Shown piece by piece: positions 52,092 through 61,466 of a stretch of DNA of 64,000 bases. The DNA is from an uncultured Gemmatimonadales bacterium. Lineage in GTDB: Bacteria > Gemmatimonadota > Gemmatimonadetes > Longimicrobiales > RSA9. A model generated the notes under the pieces. The model saw only the letters and a list, made by a program, of their open reading frames with translations, was not told where the DNA came from and did no database searches. Numbering within the stretch: the stretch's first letter is position 1; each line of letters begins with the position of its first letter. The translations under genes and the position numbers were made by a program. The DNA is taken from NCBI GenBank assembly GCA_963783305.1, contig CAWAMW010000016.1, positions 224,001 to 288,000 of the forward strand. Reading direction: 5' to 3'.

Positions 52092-53614
52092 GCGCGGACG
52101 AGGGCCCCGGGTCGGAGCCAACCACCACATCGGCGCTCCGACGCGGGACCACGGCCGCGGCCCTCCTGCTTGTGCTCGCGGCCGTCGTCGTCTTCGGGCC
52201 GGGCGAGCTCCCGCCGGAGGGGGGTCACATGGGCATGTGGAGCCTCCTGCCGGCGCTGACCACGCTGCTGCTCGTTTTCGTCACGCGCGAGGTGATCAGC
52301 TCGCTCTTCGCCGGCGTGGTCATGGGCGGGCTGGTCGCGGGTCAATGGAACCTGATCGACGCCTTCCTCATCCCGGCCATCGGCAGCGAGAGCTACGCGA
52401 CCATCCTGCTGGTGTACCTGTGGGCGCTGGGCGGGCTGATCGGGCTGTGGACCCGTACCGGCGGCGCCAGGAGCTTCGCCGTGGCCGCCGGGCGCGGCAT
52501 CGTGCGCGGACCACGCTCGGCTCGGTTCTTCGCCTGGCTCATGGGCATGGTGTTCCACCAGGGTGGGACCATCAGCACCATCCTGGCCGGCACCACCGTG
52601 CGGCCGGTGACGGACGCGCAGCGCGTCTCGCACGAGGAGCTCACCTACCTCGTGGACTCGACCGCCTCACCCGCCGCCACCGTGCTGCCCTTCAACGCCT
52701 GGCCGCTCTATATCGCCGGTCTGGTCGTCGGGACGACACCGTTCTTCGCCACCGAAGCCGACGCGGTGAGCTTCTTCTTCCGGTCCATCCCGCTCAACTT
52801 CTACGGCCTCTTCGCCGTGGGCACGACACTGCTGTTCGCCCTGGGATGGCTGCCCTGGACGGGGGGCAAAATGGCGCGCGCGATCCGACGCGCGCGTGAG
52901 ACGGGGCAGCTGAACGCACCGGGGGCGCGGCCGATCGCGGCCGATGAGCTCACCGAGCTCCGGATCCCCGAGGGCTACCGCGGCGGCACCGCCGACTTCC
53001 TCGCCCCCATGCTCGTCCTGCTCGGCGTGGCGATCATCCCCTATTTCGTGATCGGCGAAGTGTGGATCGCCGAGGCGTTCGGGCTGGCGGTGCTCACCGC
53101 ATTCGCGCTAGCGCTGGGGAAGGGCATGCGGCTGCGGGAGGCCATCGACGGATTCATCGACGGCTGCAAGGGCGTGACGGTGGGCGCCATCCTGCTCGGC
53201 CTCGCGGTTACGCTCGGGGCCGTGAGCAAGGAGCTCGGCACCGCCGCCTACATCGTCGAGACCACCACCGGCAGCATCCCGCCCGTCCTGCTCCCGGCGC
53301 TCCTCATGGCCATCTGCATGGCGGTGGCCTTCTCCATCGGCAGCTCCTGGGGGACCTACGCGGTGGTGTTCCCCATCGCCATGCCGCTCGCCTACGCGCT
53401 CACACCGGAGCCGTTCTACGTCTCCGTCTGCTTCGGCGCGGTTCTGGGCGGAGCCGTCTTCGGCGACCAGTGCTCGCCCATCAGCGACACCACCATCCTC
53501 TCCTCCCTCGCCTGCGGCGGCGACCTCATGGACCACGTGACTACGCAGATCCCCCTGGCGCTGCTCGCCGCCTCACTGGCCGCCGCGGCCAGCACGGTGA
53601 TGGTCGCGTTCTGA
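52088..53614 (+). CDS. NhaC family (probable amino acid) transporter
   Basis: GTGA overlap with upstream stop; WSLLPA, EELTYLVDSTA, GSSWGTY, FGDQCSPISDTTILSS, HVTTQIP. Confidence 0.9.
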   Translation: MSADEGPGSEPTTTSALRRGTTAAALLLVLAAVVVFGPGELPPEGGHMGMWSLLPALTTLLLVFVTREVISSLFAGVVMGGLVAGQWNLIDAFLIPAIGSESYATILLVYLWALGGLIGLWTRTGGARSFAVAAGRGIVRGPRSARFFAWLMGMVFHQGGTISTILAGTTVRPVTDAQRVSHEELTYLVDSTASPAATVLPFNAWPLYIAGLVVGTTPFFATEADAVSFFFRSIPLNFYGLFAVGTTLLFALGWLPWTGGKMARAIRRARETGQLNAPGARPIAADELTELRIPEGYRGGTADFLAPMLVLLGVAIIPYFVIGEVWIAEAFGLAVLTAFALALGKGMRLREAIDGFIDGCKGVTVGAILLGLAVTLGAVSKELGTAAYIVETTTGSIPPVLLPALLMAICMAVAFSIGSSWGTYAVVFPIAMPLAYALTPEPFYVSVCFGAVLGGAVFGDQCSPISDTTILSSLACGGDLMDHVTTQIPLALLAASLAAAASTVMVAF

Positions 53615-53634
53615 CTCCCACCGGGGCACACCGG

Positions 53635-54402
53635 TCAACGCAAAGCCTCGGTCATCGGGATCTCCACCTGGCCTTCGTCGGGAACGGGTATCTCTACGAG
53701 TGGCGCGGCATCGACCCGAAGCTGGACCCGCCGTACGCTGACCGGAAGTCCCAGTTGGTAGACGGTGCCGGCCGGGGCGTCCTGGATCTGAAAGCCGCCG
53801 GGCAGTAGCAGCACTTCTCCTCCGGGAGCCGGCACTTCCAGCACCGCGGCATCGCCGCCCGCCCGGCGGAGCAGCAGCACGGCGCCGTCGGCTGGGCGGA
53901 CCATGTGCACGGTGATCGCGGGTCCGCGAGCCGGTACACGCAGCGTGGTTCCGCCGATGGAGGCCGGGACGGGTGCAGGGTCGCCGAACCACGCTGCGGC
54001 CGCTTCCACCCTGTCTGTCACCCATGCGCGTACGGGCGGGGCAAAGAGGCCGCCGGCGAGGAGCAGCGCGAGGACGGCCGCAGCCCGAAGCCATTTGTCC
54101 GCGGGGGCGTTCGATTTCGCTGACGCCGCTCGGCCAACGTCGATCGGCTCGATCTCTGACACGGCGCCGTCATCGACGTACGGCGCCGGTGGGACCGCAT
54201 CACCGCTGCTCCTGAGCAGCGCCGTCACCCGCTCCGATCGGCGGGTGAGCCCGCGCAGGCGCGCGCGACACGTGTCGCAGCCGTCGACATGGCTCCGCAG
54301 GCGGGTGGCCTCCGCAGAGAGCAACTCGTCGTCGAGCAGGCGGATCAGGTCTCCGTCGTCGGGATGGACGTCGGGATAGTTGCGCTCTGCCTTCGTGCTC
54401 AT
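53635..54402 (-). CDS. Zinc-binding anti-sigma factor (zf-HC2) with TM helix
   Basis: HPDDGDL..LLDDEL...HVDGCDTC (HxxxCxxC); TM WLRAAAVLALLLAGG; ATGA overlap with sigma gene. Confidence 0.85.
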   Translation of the reverse strand: MSTKAERNYPDVHPDDGDLIRLLDDELLSAEATRLRSHVDGCDTCRARLRGLTRRSERVTALLRSSGDAVPPAPYVDDGAVSEIEPIDVGRAASAKSNAPADKWLRAAAVLALLLAGGLFAPPVRAWVTDRVEAAAAWFGDPAPVPASIGGTTLRVPARGPAITVHMVRPADGAVLLLRRAGGDAAVLEVPAPGGEVLLLPGGFQIQDAPAGTVYQLGLPVSVRRVQLRVDAAPLVEIPVPDEGQVEIPMTEALR

Positions 54403-54893
54403 GACTCCTCGTCGCGCTCGAGTGCGGTCGTCAGTTTGTCCAGGGCCCGGGCGATCATGGTGCCGACAGAGCCGGTCGTGGTCCCGATGGCCTCCGCGAT
54501 CTCCCGGTGCCGGAAGCCCTCGTGCCGCATGAGCAGAACGGTGCGGTCGCGTTCCGAGAGCGTGGTCAGCGCCGGCCGGATCCGGGCCATGGCTTCGTGC
54601 ATCTCCAGTTGACGGTCCGGCGGCCGCGGCGGGTCGCCCACCGTGGCGTGGGGCGGTGCGCCAGAAACCAGCCGGGTGCGACGCATCCGGCGGCGACCTT
54701 CCTCGTGGACGAGGTTGGTGCCGACGCGGAAGATCCAGGCCTTTGGCTGCGCCGGCGGCGGCCGTTCGGCCACCAGCTTGGCGAAGGCGTCCTGGGCCGC
54801 GTCCGCCGCCAGCTCCGGTTCCCCCGTGAGATGCACCAGGTACCGGTAGAGGGCGGAGTGATGGTCGCGGAACGTCGTTTCGACATCGGGCAT
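54399..54893 (-). CDS. ECF sigma-70 factor
   Basis: LYRYL...AADAAQDAF, AWIFRVGTN, LSERDRTVLLMRHEGF..REIAEAIG...GSVGT..ARA. Confidence 0.92.
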   Translation of the reverse strand: MPDVETTFRDHHSALYRYLVHLTGEPELAADAAQDAFAKLVAERPPPAQPKAWIFRVGTNLVHEEGRRRMRRTRLVSGAPPHATVGDPPRPPDRQLEMHEAMARIRPALTTLSERDRTVLLMRHEGFRHREIAEAIGTTTGSVGTMIARALDKLTTALERDEES

Positions 54894-54897
54894 TGCG

Positions 54898-57395
54898 TCA
54901 GAAGGTGAGGCGCAGGCCCAGGTTCCCCCCGATCCCACCAGCGCTGAATCGATCCGTCACACCGCCCGGGATCGGGCAGGAGGCTTCCGCCGCGACGCGG
55001 ACGCCGCAAGGGTCGAAGGTACCGATATAGTGGCCGGCATTGGGGCGGTTGAGGACGTTTCGGAGCTGGATATACACGCCGAACCCCCAGCTGTCGAAGG
55101 ATCGGGTCCAGTCGCCGAGCAGGTCCAGACGCTTATACGGTTCGCTCCGAAGCCCGTTGGGATCGTCCAGCAGCCACTGTCGGCCTCCGTCGGCCGATTC
55201 CGTCAGTGTTGTCCGCGTATACGGGATCCCCGACGCGCGGGCGAAGGCTGCGCCCAGGCGGAATCCGCGTCCCAGCCGGAGCAGTGTTGTGGCATCCAGC
55301 GCGTGGGGTCGATCCGTGGCGGCGGGGAATTCCAGACCGTCCACCGCCGTTGTCGCGCGGAGTAGCTGTATGCCAGCGAGAGGGTGGCGCGCCCCGACAC
55401 GCGGCGCACGGAGCCCTCCACACCGTGTGCGCGGCGCTTTCCCACCTCGAAGGACGGGCTCGCGTGCGACAATCCAGGCGTCGGGTCCGGCAGCACCAGG
55501 CCAGCGGAGCGGCGGACCCAGCCGTTCAGGCTGGCCAGCGAGCTCCCACCGACCCACGCTTCCGCTCCTGCCGCCGCCACATCCGATCGTATGGCGGGAA
55601 CGGAGTCGCTGGCGATGAGCCACATGCTGTGCGGGTGCCGGATGTTCGAGACTCCGGTGGGGGCGAGCGTCTGCGCATACTGGTAGGACCGACCGAGGCC
55701 GGCGAACAGGCTCGCGTGGTCGGTGAGGGCGAAGCGCGCCATGAGGTCCGGCGCGATCCGGACCGGATCGTTCCCGACCGAGGCGATCTCCAGCCGCGTC
55801 CCCGCCTCGAGCTCCAGGCGCGCGGTGGGATGCCATCGACGCTGCGACCACAAGCCCACACGGGTACGGGCGTCGCTGGACACCAGCCGGTCCGGCTCGT
55901 CCACGTAGAAGGGGGACCGGGGCTCCGGCTTGGCGCCGTCATACTCGGCTGACTCACGGACGACCTCATAGCCCGCCCCCCACGTGCGCCCACCGTCGCG
56001 TGGCTCCACCTCACCCCGCACTACCCAGTGCGTCAGCGCGACGCTGGACGCCGGGACCAAAACGGCAATGGGGTTTGCAGCGTTCGTTGGACTCCCGGTG
56101 ACTCTCGGGGTGAATTGCCCCGCCTCCACTGCAAATCGGCTGAAGCCAGCGGTGTGGGCGGACGTGAGTCCTCCTGGCAGCAGCGCATGCAGTGTCGCTC
56201 TGGCGACCGTGGTTCCGCGGTCCCCGCCCGACCAGCGCGCGAAGGCCGGGAAGTCCGTCTCTGGATTTCGGCCGATCTCGTTGTAGCCGTTCGACTGCCA
56301 GAGCCCGCTCACCGCGACTCTACGGCCGTTGCCCATGTGGAGATCCACCCGCCCCGTAAGGTCCCAGAACTGGTTCGCCTGGACCGCCTGGAAACTGTTG
56401 TCGCGCAAAAGGTCGATATAGCTTCGGCGCCCCGCCAGAAGCCAGGACACGTCGCCGCCGGAGGAGCGGCCGTCGACGGATCCCCGCAGGCTGCTCAGTG
56501 AGACGTCGGCCGCCCCCCGGATGTGGCCCTCGGCGTCGCCCGCGCCGGGGCGCGTCGGCAGGTCCAGCACCGCGGCGCTGGCACCAGCCAGCGATGCGGG
56601 GCGTACGCCGGGATGGAAGAAGGCCATCCCGATCCCCTCCGGGCTGACGGCGGTGAGGTCCCCCGCGCCGTGCAGCGGCTCATACAGGGGAAGGCCGTCG
56701 AAGAGCACCACGGTCTCCGCGCGGCCCGCACCCCTCGTCCACAGCTCGGTGCTGACCTCGTCCCAGGTAGTGACGCCCGGGAGTCGACGGAGCGCCCGGA
56801 AGATGTCATCCTCCCCGAGCGTCACCGCCTCCACCAGCTCGTCGTGCGTCAGGGCACGGACGTCGGTGGCGAGGTGACGCTGCTGACGGAGCCGTATCGC
56901 CGGGCGGCGATCCAGTGCGACGGCCGCTCTCTCATCGAGCCGCGCGTGCATCAGGTCCCGTGACTCCTCCGTGACGGCCACGGGCTCGAGTCGCACCGGG
57001 TCGACCGTCAGGCCGAAAGAGACGCGCGCGGCCCCCGGACCCCGCAGTTCGACCCGGACCGTGGCCGGCCTATAGCCGAGGTACTGGACTCGCAACGTGT
57101 ATTCTCCGGGCGCCAGGCCATCGAACCGGTAGGCCCCCGCTGGTCCCGTCTCCGATACCTTGTTCGCCGTGGCGAACACGCCAAGGTGGTCCCCTCCAGC
57201 CGGGAACACGGCTTCCGTCCCGGGGATCAACGCGACCGCCGCTCCCGCAATGGGCGCCAGGGTCTCGGCGTCCACCACCGTCCCGGAGATCACGACGGCC
57301 GCCACCTGCGGAGAGTCCTGCGCCCGCACTTCTCGCGTATTCATGGAACCCGACGCCAGGCAGACCAGTACTCCGATCCAAACACGCATGCCCAT
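54898..57395 (-). pseudogene. TonB-dependent receptor with carboxypeptidase-like N domain, frameshifted near 55359
   Basis: ISGTVVDAETLAPIAGA, DIFRALRRLPGV, LWTRG, FDGLPLY; ORFs 55203..57395 and 54898..55851 join at AYSYS/RATT; ends GLRLTF. Confidence 0.85.
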
Positions 57396-57601
57396 CGCTC
57401 CCGTGTGTGTCCCCTGTCACTTTACCATGTAGATGTCCGGAGCGCCGAAATTCTGACGCGTCGCTGATGTTCGACTTCCGGGCATCGTTGATTCGCCAGC
57501 GTGTACCGCCTAGCTTGTGAGTCGTGGCTTCCGCGGAGCACCCCCCAACAACTCGGCGAGGCCGTACCCCCCCTCCCGACCACCCGATCCGAGAGTGCGC
57601 C

Positions 57602-58033
57602 ATGCCCAGCTACCCGCAGCCCAACGTCCATTTCCAGGTGCAGTGGGGCGGAACCCGGATCGGCTTTGCCGAGGTGACCGGCCTCACCATCGACGTGGAG
57701 GTCATCGAGTACCGTGAGGGGTCCGACAAGGAGTACACACCCCGGAAGCTGCCTGGTCGGACCACCTACGACGACGTGACCCTGAAGCGCGGCATCATGG
57801 CCGGCGACGGCGAGTTCTTCGAGTGGATCAGCACCGCAATTGCTCACCAGGTGGAGCGCCGGGACGTCGTGGTCAGTCTGCTGGACGCGGAGCACAACCC
57901 CATGATGACGTGGAAGCTGAGGAACGCCTTCCCGTCGAAGCTGGAGGGGCCGGGTCTCAACGCGGCGGGGGGTGCGGTCGCCATCGAGACGCTCGTGCTG
58001 ACCCACGAAGGGCTGTCCGTCGAGACGTCGTGA
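57602..58033 (+). CDS. T4 gp19-like phage tail tube protein (eCIS Afp1/Afp5 type)
   Basis: F.V......GF.EVTGL...VEVIEYREG......KLPG...Y..VTLKRG, FFEW, RRDVVVSLLD, W.L.NAFPSK..GP.LNA....VAIETLVL.HEG. Confidence 0.92.
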   Translation: MPSYPQPNVHFQVQWGGTRIGFAEVTGLTIDVEVIEYREGSDKEYTPRKLPGRTTYDDVTLKRGIMAGDGEFFEWISTAIAHQVERRDVVVSLLDAEHNPMMTWKLRNAFPSKLEGPGLNAAGGAVAIETLVLTHEGLSVETS

Positions 58034-58506
58034 CGCCGCCCCGTAAGCCACCGAACCGCACGCCGAAAGCATCACCGGAGAGGTCGGCGGATCGGCAGCG
58101 GAGCTCGAACCGGCGCCCGGACGTGGTGGTCGACTTCGAGCTCCGGGAGGGCTGCTTCTTCGTCTCCGTCCGGAACATCGGCCGGGCCCCCGCCCGCTCG
58201 GTCCGGGTCGAGTTCGCGCCTCCATTCACCGGTCTCGGAGGCGAAAAGGAGGTCACGAAGCTGCCGCTGTTCCACGACCTCACCTACCTGGCCCCGGGCC
58301 GGCGAATCGAGACGTTCGTCGACACCAGCGTTTCCTACTTCCTGCGCGAGCAGCCGACGCGCATGAAGGTGATCGTCCACTACCGCGACCGTCAGGGCCA
58401 CGAGTACATGGACCGGTTCGAGCACAACCTCGAAATCTACCGCGACCTCGGCTACATCAGTCGATCACCCGGAGATCAGGCGCTCGATCGGTCCACCGGC
58501 GCGTGA
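58030..58506 (+). CDS. Hypothetical beta-rich protein coupled to the tail tube gene
   Basis: GTGA overlap; PDVVVDF...FFVSVRNIGRAPA...LAPGRRI...HNLEIYRD. Confidence 0.75.
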   Translation: MTPPRKPPNRTPKASPERSADRQRSSNRRPDVVVDFELREGCFFVSVRNIGRAPARSVRVEFAPPFTGLGGEKEVTKLPLFHDLTYLAPGRRIETFVDTSVSYFLREQPTRMKVIVHYRDRQGHEYMDRFEHNLEIYRDLGYISRSPGDQALDRSTGA

Positions 58507-58679
58507 GCCCGAGCTCATCGCTCGCTGGGGACCGGGCCGCACAGCCCGACCTGGACCGTTTCGGATCGCACGGCGTCAGCGAGCGGTTCGCTCCCCAGCA
58601 CTCCCCCTCCACGGACTCCCAGATCGCTCCAGCCGCGGCACGCGGTCACCCCCCGCACGTTGGAGACGGGGCGGCGCCG

Positions 58680-58708
58680 TTGTCGGGAGCGCGAATCCCC
58701 GTTACCAT
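58680..58708 (+). promoter_or_regulatory. Probable tRNA promoter
   Basis: TTGTCG-17 nt-TACCAT, 15 nt upstream of the tRNA. Confidence 0.5.
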
Positions 58709-58723
58709 CGATATTCGTTCGTC

Positions 58724-58796
58724 GGGGCTGTAGCTCAGCTGGGAGAGCACCTGCTTTGCAAGCAGGGGGTCACCGGTTCGATCCCGGTCAGCTCCA
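58724..58796 (+). tRNA. tRNA-Ala (TGC), CCA not encoded
   Basis: GGGGCTG/CAGCTCC acceptor stem with G3:U70, D arm TAGCTCAGCTGGGAGAGC, anticodon arm CCTGC-TTTGCAA-GCAGG, GTTCGATC T loop. Confidence 0.97.
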
Positions 58797-58803
58797 CTTA
58801 TGG

Positions 58804-58844
58804 GAACCCGTTGCGCCGCAAGGCGTGACGGGTTCTTGTCATTT
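58804..58844 (+). terminator. Intrinsic terminator after tRNA-Ala
   Basis: GAACCCGTTGCGCC-GCAA-GGCGTGACGGGTTC then TTGTCATTT. Confidence 0.75.
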
Positions 58845-59015
58845 CGATCCCGCTCGCTGCCGCCGCGGTTCAACGAGAGGGGCTTTGGGTCCCCGCTGAC
58901 ATCAAGGAACAAGCAGGCGGTCGCGCTGACGTGCGCGTCCATGGCGAACTTCAGGTCCATCCACCTGTCTGGCCGCCATCTGGCGGTCGTCCGGCGCAAC
59001 GCCTTCGGTCGACCG

Positions 59016-59339
59016 TCACGCCCGCCATTCCGGTGTCGACCGCGAGTCCATGAGCACCTCGTACGCTTCGTGGCGGACCTCCGTCCGGGCCATGATCTCG
59101 CCCGGCTCGCGGCCGTGGGAGATCGCGTGCTGCGGGCTCTTCATATACCGCCCGAACGCTTCCCGGCTCTCCCAGGCGGTGAGGAATGTGTGGGTCGCCT
59201 CACCGGCCTGCGGCTTCAGCAGCTGCAGGTACAGGAACCCGGGGAAATCGTCCACGAGGGAAGCGCGATTGCGGAAATACCACTCCACGTCCTCCCGGTC
59301 TGCTTCGGGGACGCTCAGGTGTGACACGAAAACGAACAT
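59016..59339 (-). CDS. ABM-domain monooxygenase, IsdG/MhuD heme-degrading-like
   Basis: FRNRASLVDDFPGF, LQLLKP, TAWESREAF..YMKS..H..SH, YEV. Confidence 0.85.
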   Translation of the reverse strand: MFVFVSHLSVPEADREDVEWYFRNRASLVDDFPGFLYLQLLKPQAGEATHTFLTAWESREAFGRYMKSPQHAISHGREPGEIMARTEVRHEAYEVLMDSRSTPEWRA

Positions 59340-59341
59340 CG

Positions 59342-60409
59342 TCAGCTACCCAGCTCGTGGAGCTCGTTCGCGATGCGGACGGCCTCGTTCAGATCCCGTC
59401 CGAACCCGTCGGCCCCGAGCTCTCGCCACAGGTCGGGCCTCGATCGAAAGGCGCCGCCACCGACCAGGATGGTGACCTCGCTCCCGTACCGGCGGCGCGT
59501 CTCCTCCACAAGCTCGCTCACCGCCGGCAGGTTGCCGAGCACGGTGGCTGAGATGCCGATCAGGCGGGGCTCGTGGCTCTCCACGGCCTGGAGGATGTCG
59601 CGGTGGGGCAGGTGGGTGCCGAGGAACATCACGTTCCAGCCATCGGCCTCGAGCACATCTGCCACCATGTTGCCCCCGAGCTGGTGGAGCTCTCCCTTCA
59701 CTCCCGTGACCAGAGCGTTGCCCCGGATGGCCGCGGGCCTCTCCAGGTGCGAGTACAGCTGACCGATCACGTACTGGGTGATGGCGGTGGCCATGTGCTC
59801 CTCTGCCACGGTGATCTCGTTGCGCGCCCAGAGCTCGCCGATCCGGTACTGGGCGGGCTGCAGGATCTCGCCGTAGACGTCCGGGACGGACGCGCCCGCC
59901 CGCAGCGCCTCCAGCGCCACGTTGAGCGCCGCTCTGCGGTATCCCGCACGGATCGCCTGGAGGTAGAGAGAGGTCTCGGTGGCCATCCGGCCGGAACCGG
60001 CCTCCGCGGCTGGCGCCGTGCCGCTCGTATCCCGGAGCGAGGAGATCGCCGTGTCCGCGATTTTCCGCACCAGCTCGCGTGACTCCCCCTCGAGAACCGC
60101 CGCCGCCGCATCCCGCACCTGCTCCAGGTTCTCCGCAAGGAAGTCCGGGGCGATGGCGCGGGCTCTCAGGACCCCTGCCGTCCATTGCGCATAGTCCTGG
60201 AAGGCGCCCGCCTCGTTGGCCACGACCGCGCCGGCGAGAAACTCTATGTGGAAGATCGCATCTGCCTCACCGCGCGTGCGTGCCGCCTCCCCGTACCGCT
60301 CCAGCCAGTCCGGATGCCGGTCCAGAAAATCGTCGGTGACAGACCGGGCGATGTCCTGTTTCCGCGTGAGAAGCTCTTCGGCCGCCCTCCGTCGCTCGGC
60401 GCGGGTCAT
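59342..60409 (-). CDS. Cobalamin-binding protein: N-terminal globin/phycobiliprotein-like domain + CarH-type B12 domain, no HTH
   Basis: W-x9-EH (WARNEITVAEEH), GELHQLG (ExHxxG), LIGISAT, ILVGG; helical N domain HPDWLERYGE...D..FHIEFL...F.DY..W...L. Confidence 0.88.
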   Translation of the reverse strand: MTRAERRRAAEELLTRKQDIARSVTDDFLDRHPDWLERYGEAARTRGEADAIFHIEFLAGAVVANEAGAFQDYAQWTAGVLRARAIAPDFLAENLEQVRDAAAAVLEGESRELVRKIADTAISSLRDTSGTAPAAEAGSGRMATETSLYLQAIRAGYRRAALNVALEALRAGASVPDVYGEILQPAQYRIGELWARNEITVAEEHMATAITQYVIGQLYSHLERPAAIRGNALVTGVKGELHQLGGNMVADVLEADGWNVMFLGTHLPHRDILQAVESHEPRLIGISATVLGNLPAVSELVEETRRRYGSEVTILVGGGAFRSRPDLWRELGADGFGRDLNEAVRIANELHELGS

Positions 60410-61065
60410 CGCGGTTCGTCTTCGAGGCCGAGGTCCGCCATGACGGCCTCGGAGCAGGGCGGGCAGTAGCCATGGCTGAGAAAGATCTTGTTCGCCTTGA
60501 GGTACTCGACCACGCTCTGCCATTCGGCTTCGGTTGTCTTGACCTTGCCACACCGCATGCAGAGGGGAAGCACCTCCTGGATCTTCTTGAGGTGCCAGTA
60601 CGACGTTTCCAGATCATCGAGGGCCGCCTGCAGCCGTTGCCGGGTGCGCTCCAGCTCCCGCTCCCGGCGCGCCCGCTCCCGGGCCATGGTCGCGAACTCG
60701 TTGTTCAACTGCATCAGCTCCTCGACGACGCTGTGGTCGCCGCGCCCATCCGGCTCGCCCACGATCCGCCACCCGCCGCCCTCCCGGGCGACCAGGCAAT
60801 CGAGGGTGAAGGGTGCGCTGGAAGCGCCCACGAAGTTGAGCCGGACCCGATCATCGGGAACGGTGTCGTCCTGGAGCCAGCGCTCGAAGATGGCCACGTC
60901 GGAGTCCGTCAGGAGGCCGGTGACGGGCTCACCGATCACGTCCTCTCGCGGGAGGTCGGACAGTCGCGCGAACGCGGCGTTGATCGCGCGCACCCGACCT
61001 CCGGGGTCGATTGTTACGGCCGAGATGGTGTCCGAGCTTTCGAGCAAACGGTCGAGCATGTCCAT
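60406..61065 (-). CDS. PAS domain + coiled coil + LPxCxxC...SHGxCPxC Cys-motif protein
   Basis: IDPGGRVRAINAAF...REDVIG PAS; LNNE coiled coil; LPLCMRCGKVK...W..V.EYL...SHGYCPPC. Confidence 0.85.
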   Translation of the reverse strand: MDMLDRLLESSDTISAVTIDPGGRVRAINAAFARLSDLPREDVIGEPVTGLLTDSDVAIFERWLQDDTVPDDRVRLNFVGASSAPFTLDCLVAREGGGWRIVGEPDGRGDHSVVEELMQLNNEFATMARERARRERELERTRQRLQAALDDLETSYWHLKKIQEVLPLCMRCGKVKTTEAEWQSVVEYLKANKIFLSHGYCPPCSEAVMADLGLEDEPR

Positions 61066-61280
61066 TGGTGCGCCCTGGGTCACGGTCGTTCTCGTTCCAC
61101 CGGTCAGAGATCGACCGGCTCGCTGCCCTCGCGGCCGCGGCCTGCGCAGAATACCTGGATAATATAGTGCACGACAGGACGGGGGCCCGCCGTGGTGGAA
61201 CGTCTTGTGCTCCGAAAGTAGCGCTGGCACGAGACCTCCCCGACTGCGCCCCTGGCTGTATCCCTGGATCTAGTGGCTCC

Positions 61281-61466
61281 ATGATGATGGAAATCAACCC
61301 ATCAGAACTCTCCGACGCCGTCGTCCGCACCCTCCGCGAACCTCTGCTCATCCTGGATTCCGGGCTCCGGATCCGGGCCGCAAACCCCGCGTTCTGCCGC
61401 GCCTTCCAGGTCGATCTCCATGATACGGAGGGGCGGTCGCTGTTCGAGATCGGCAATGGCCAGTGC
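61281..61466 (+). pseudogene. Truncated PAS-domain sensor relic
   Basis: AVVRTLREPLLILDSGLRIRAANPAFCRAFQV...EGRSLFEIGNGQ, then loss of protein-like sequence. Confidence 0.75.

Noticed and set aside
57602..58506. Prophage
   Set aside because: No integrase, capsid, terminase or other phage genes; the tube is of the eCIS type
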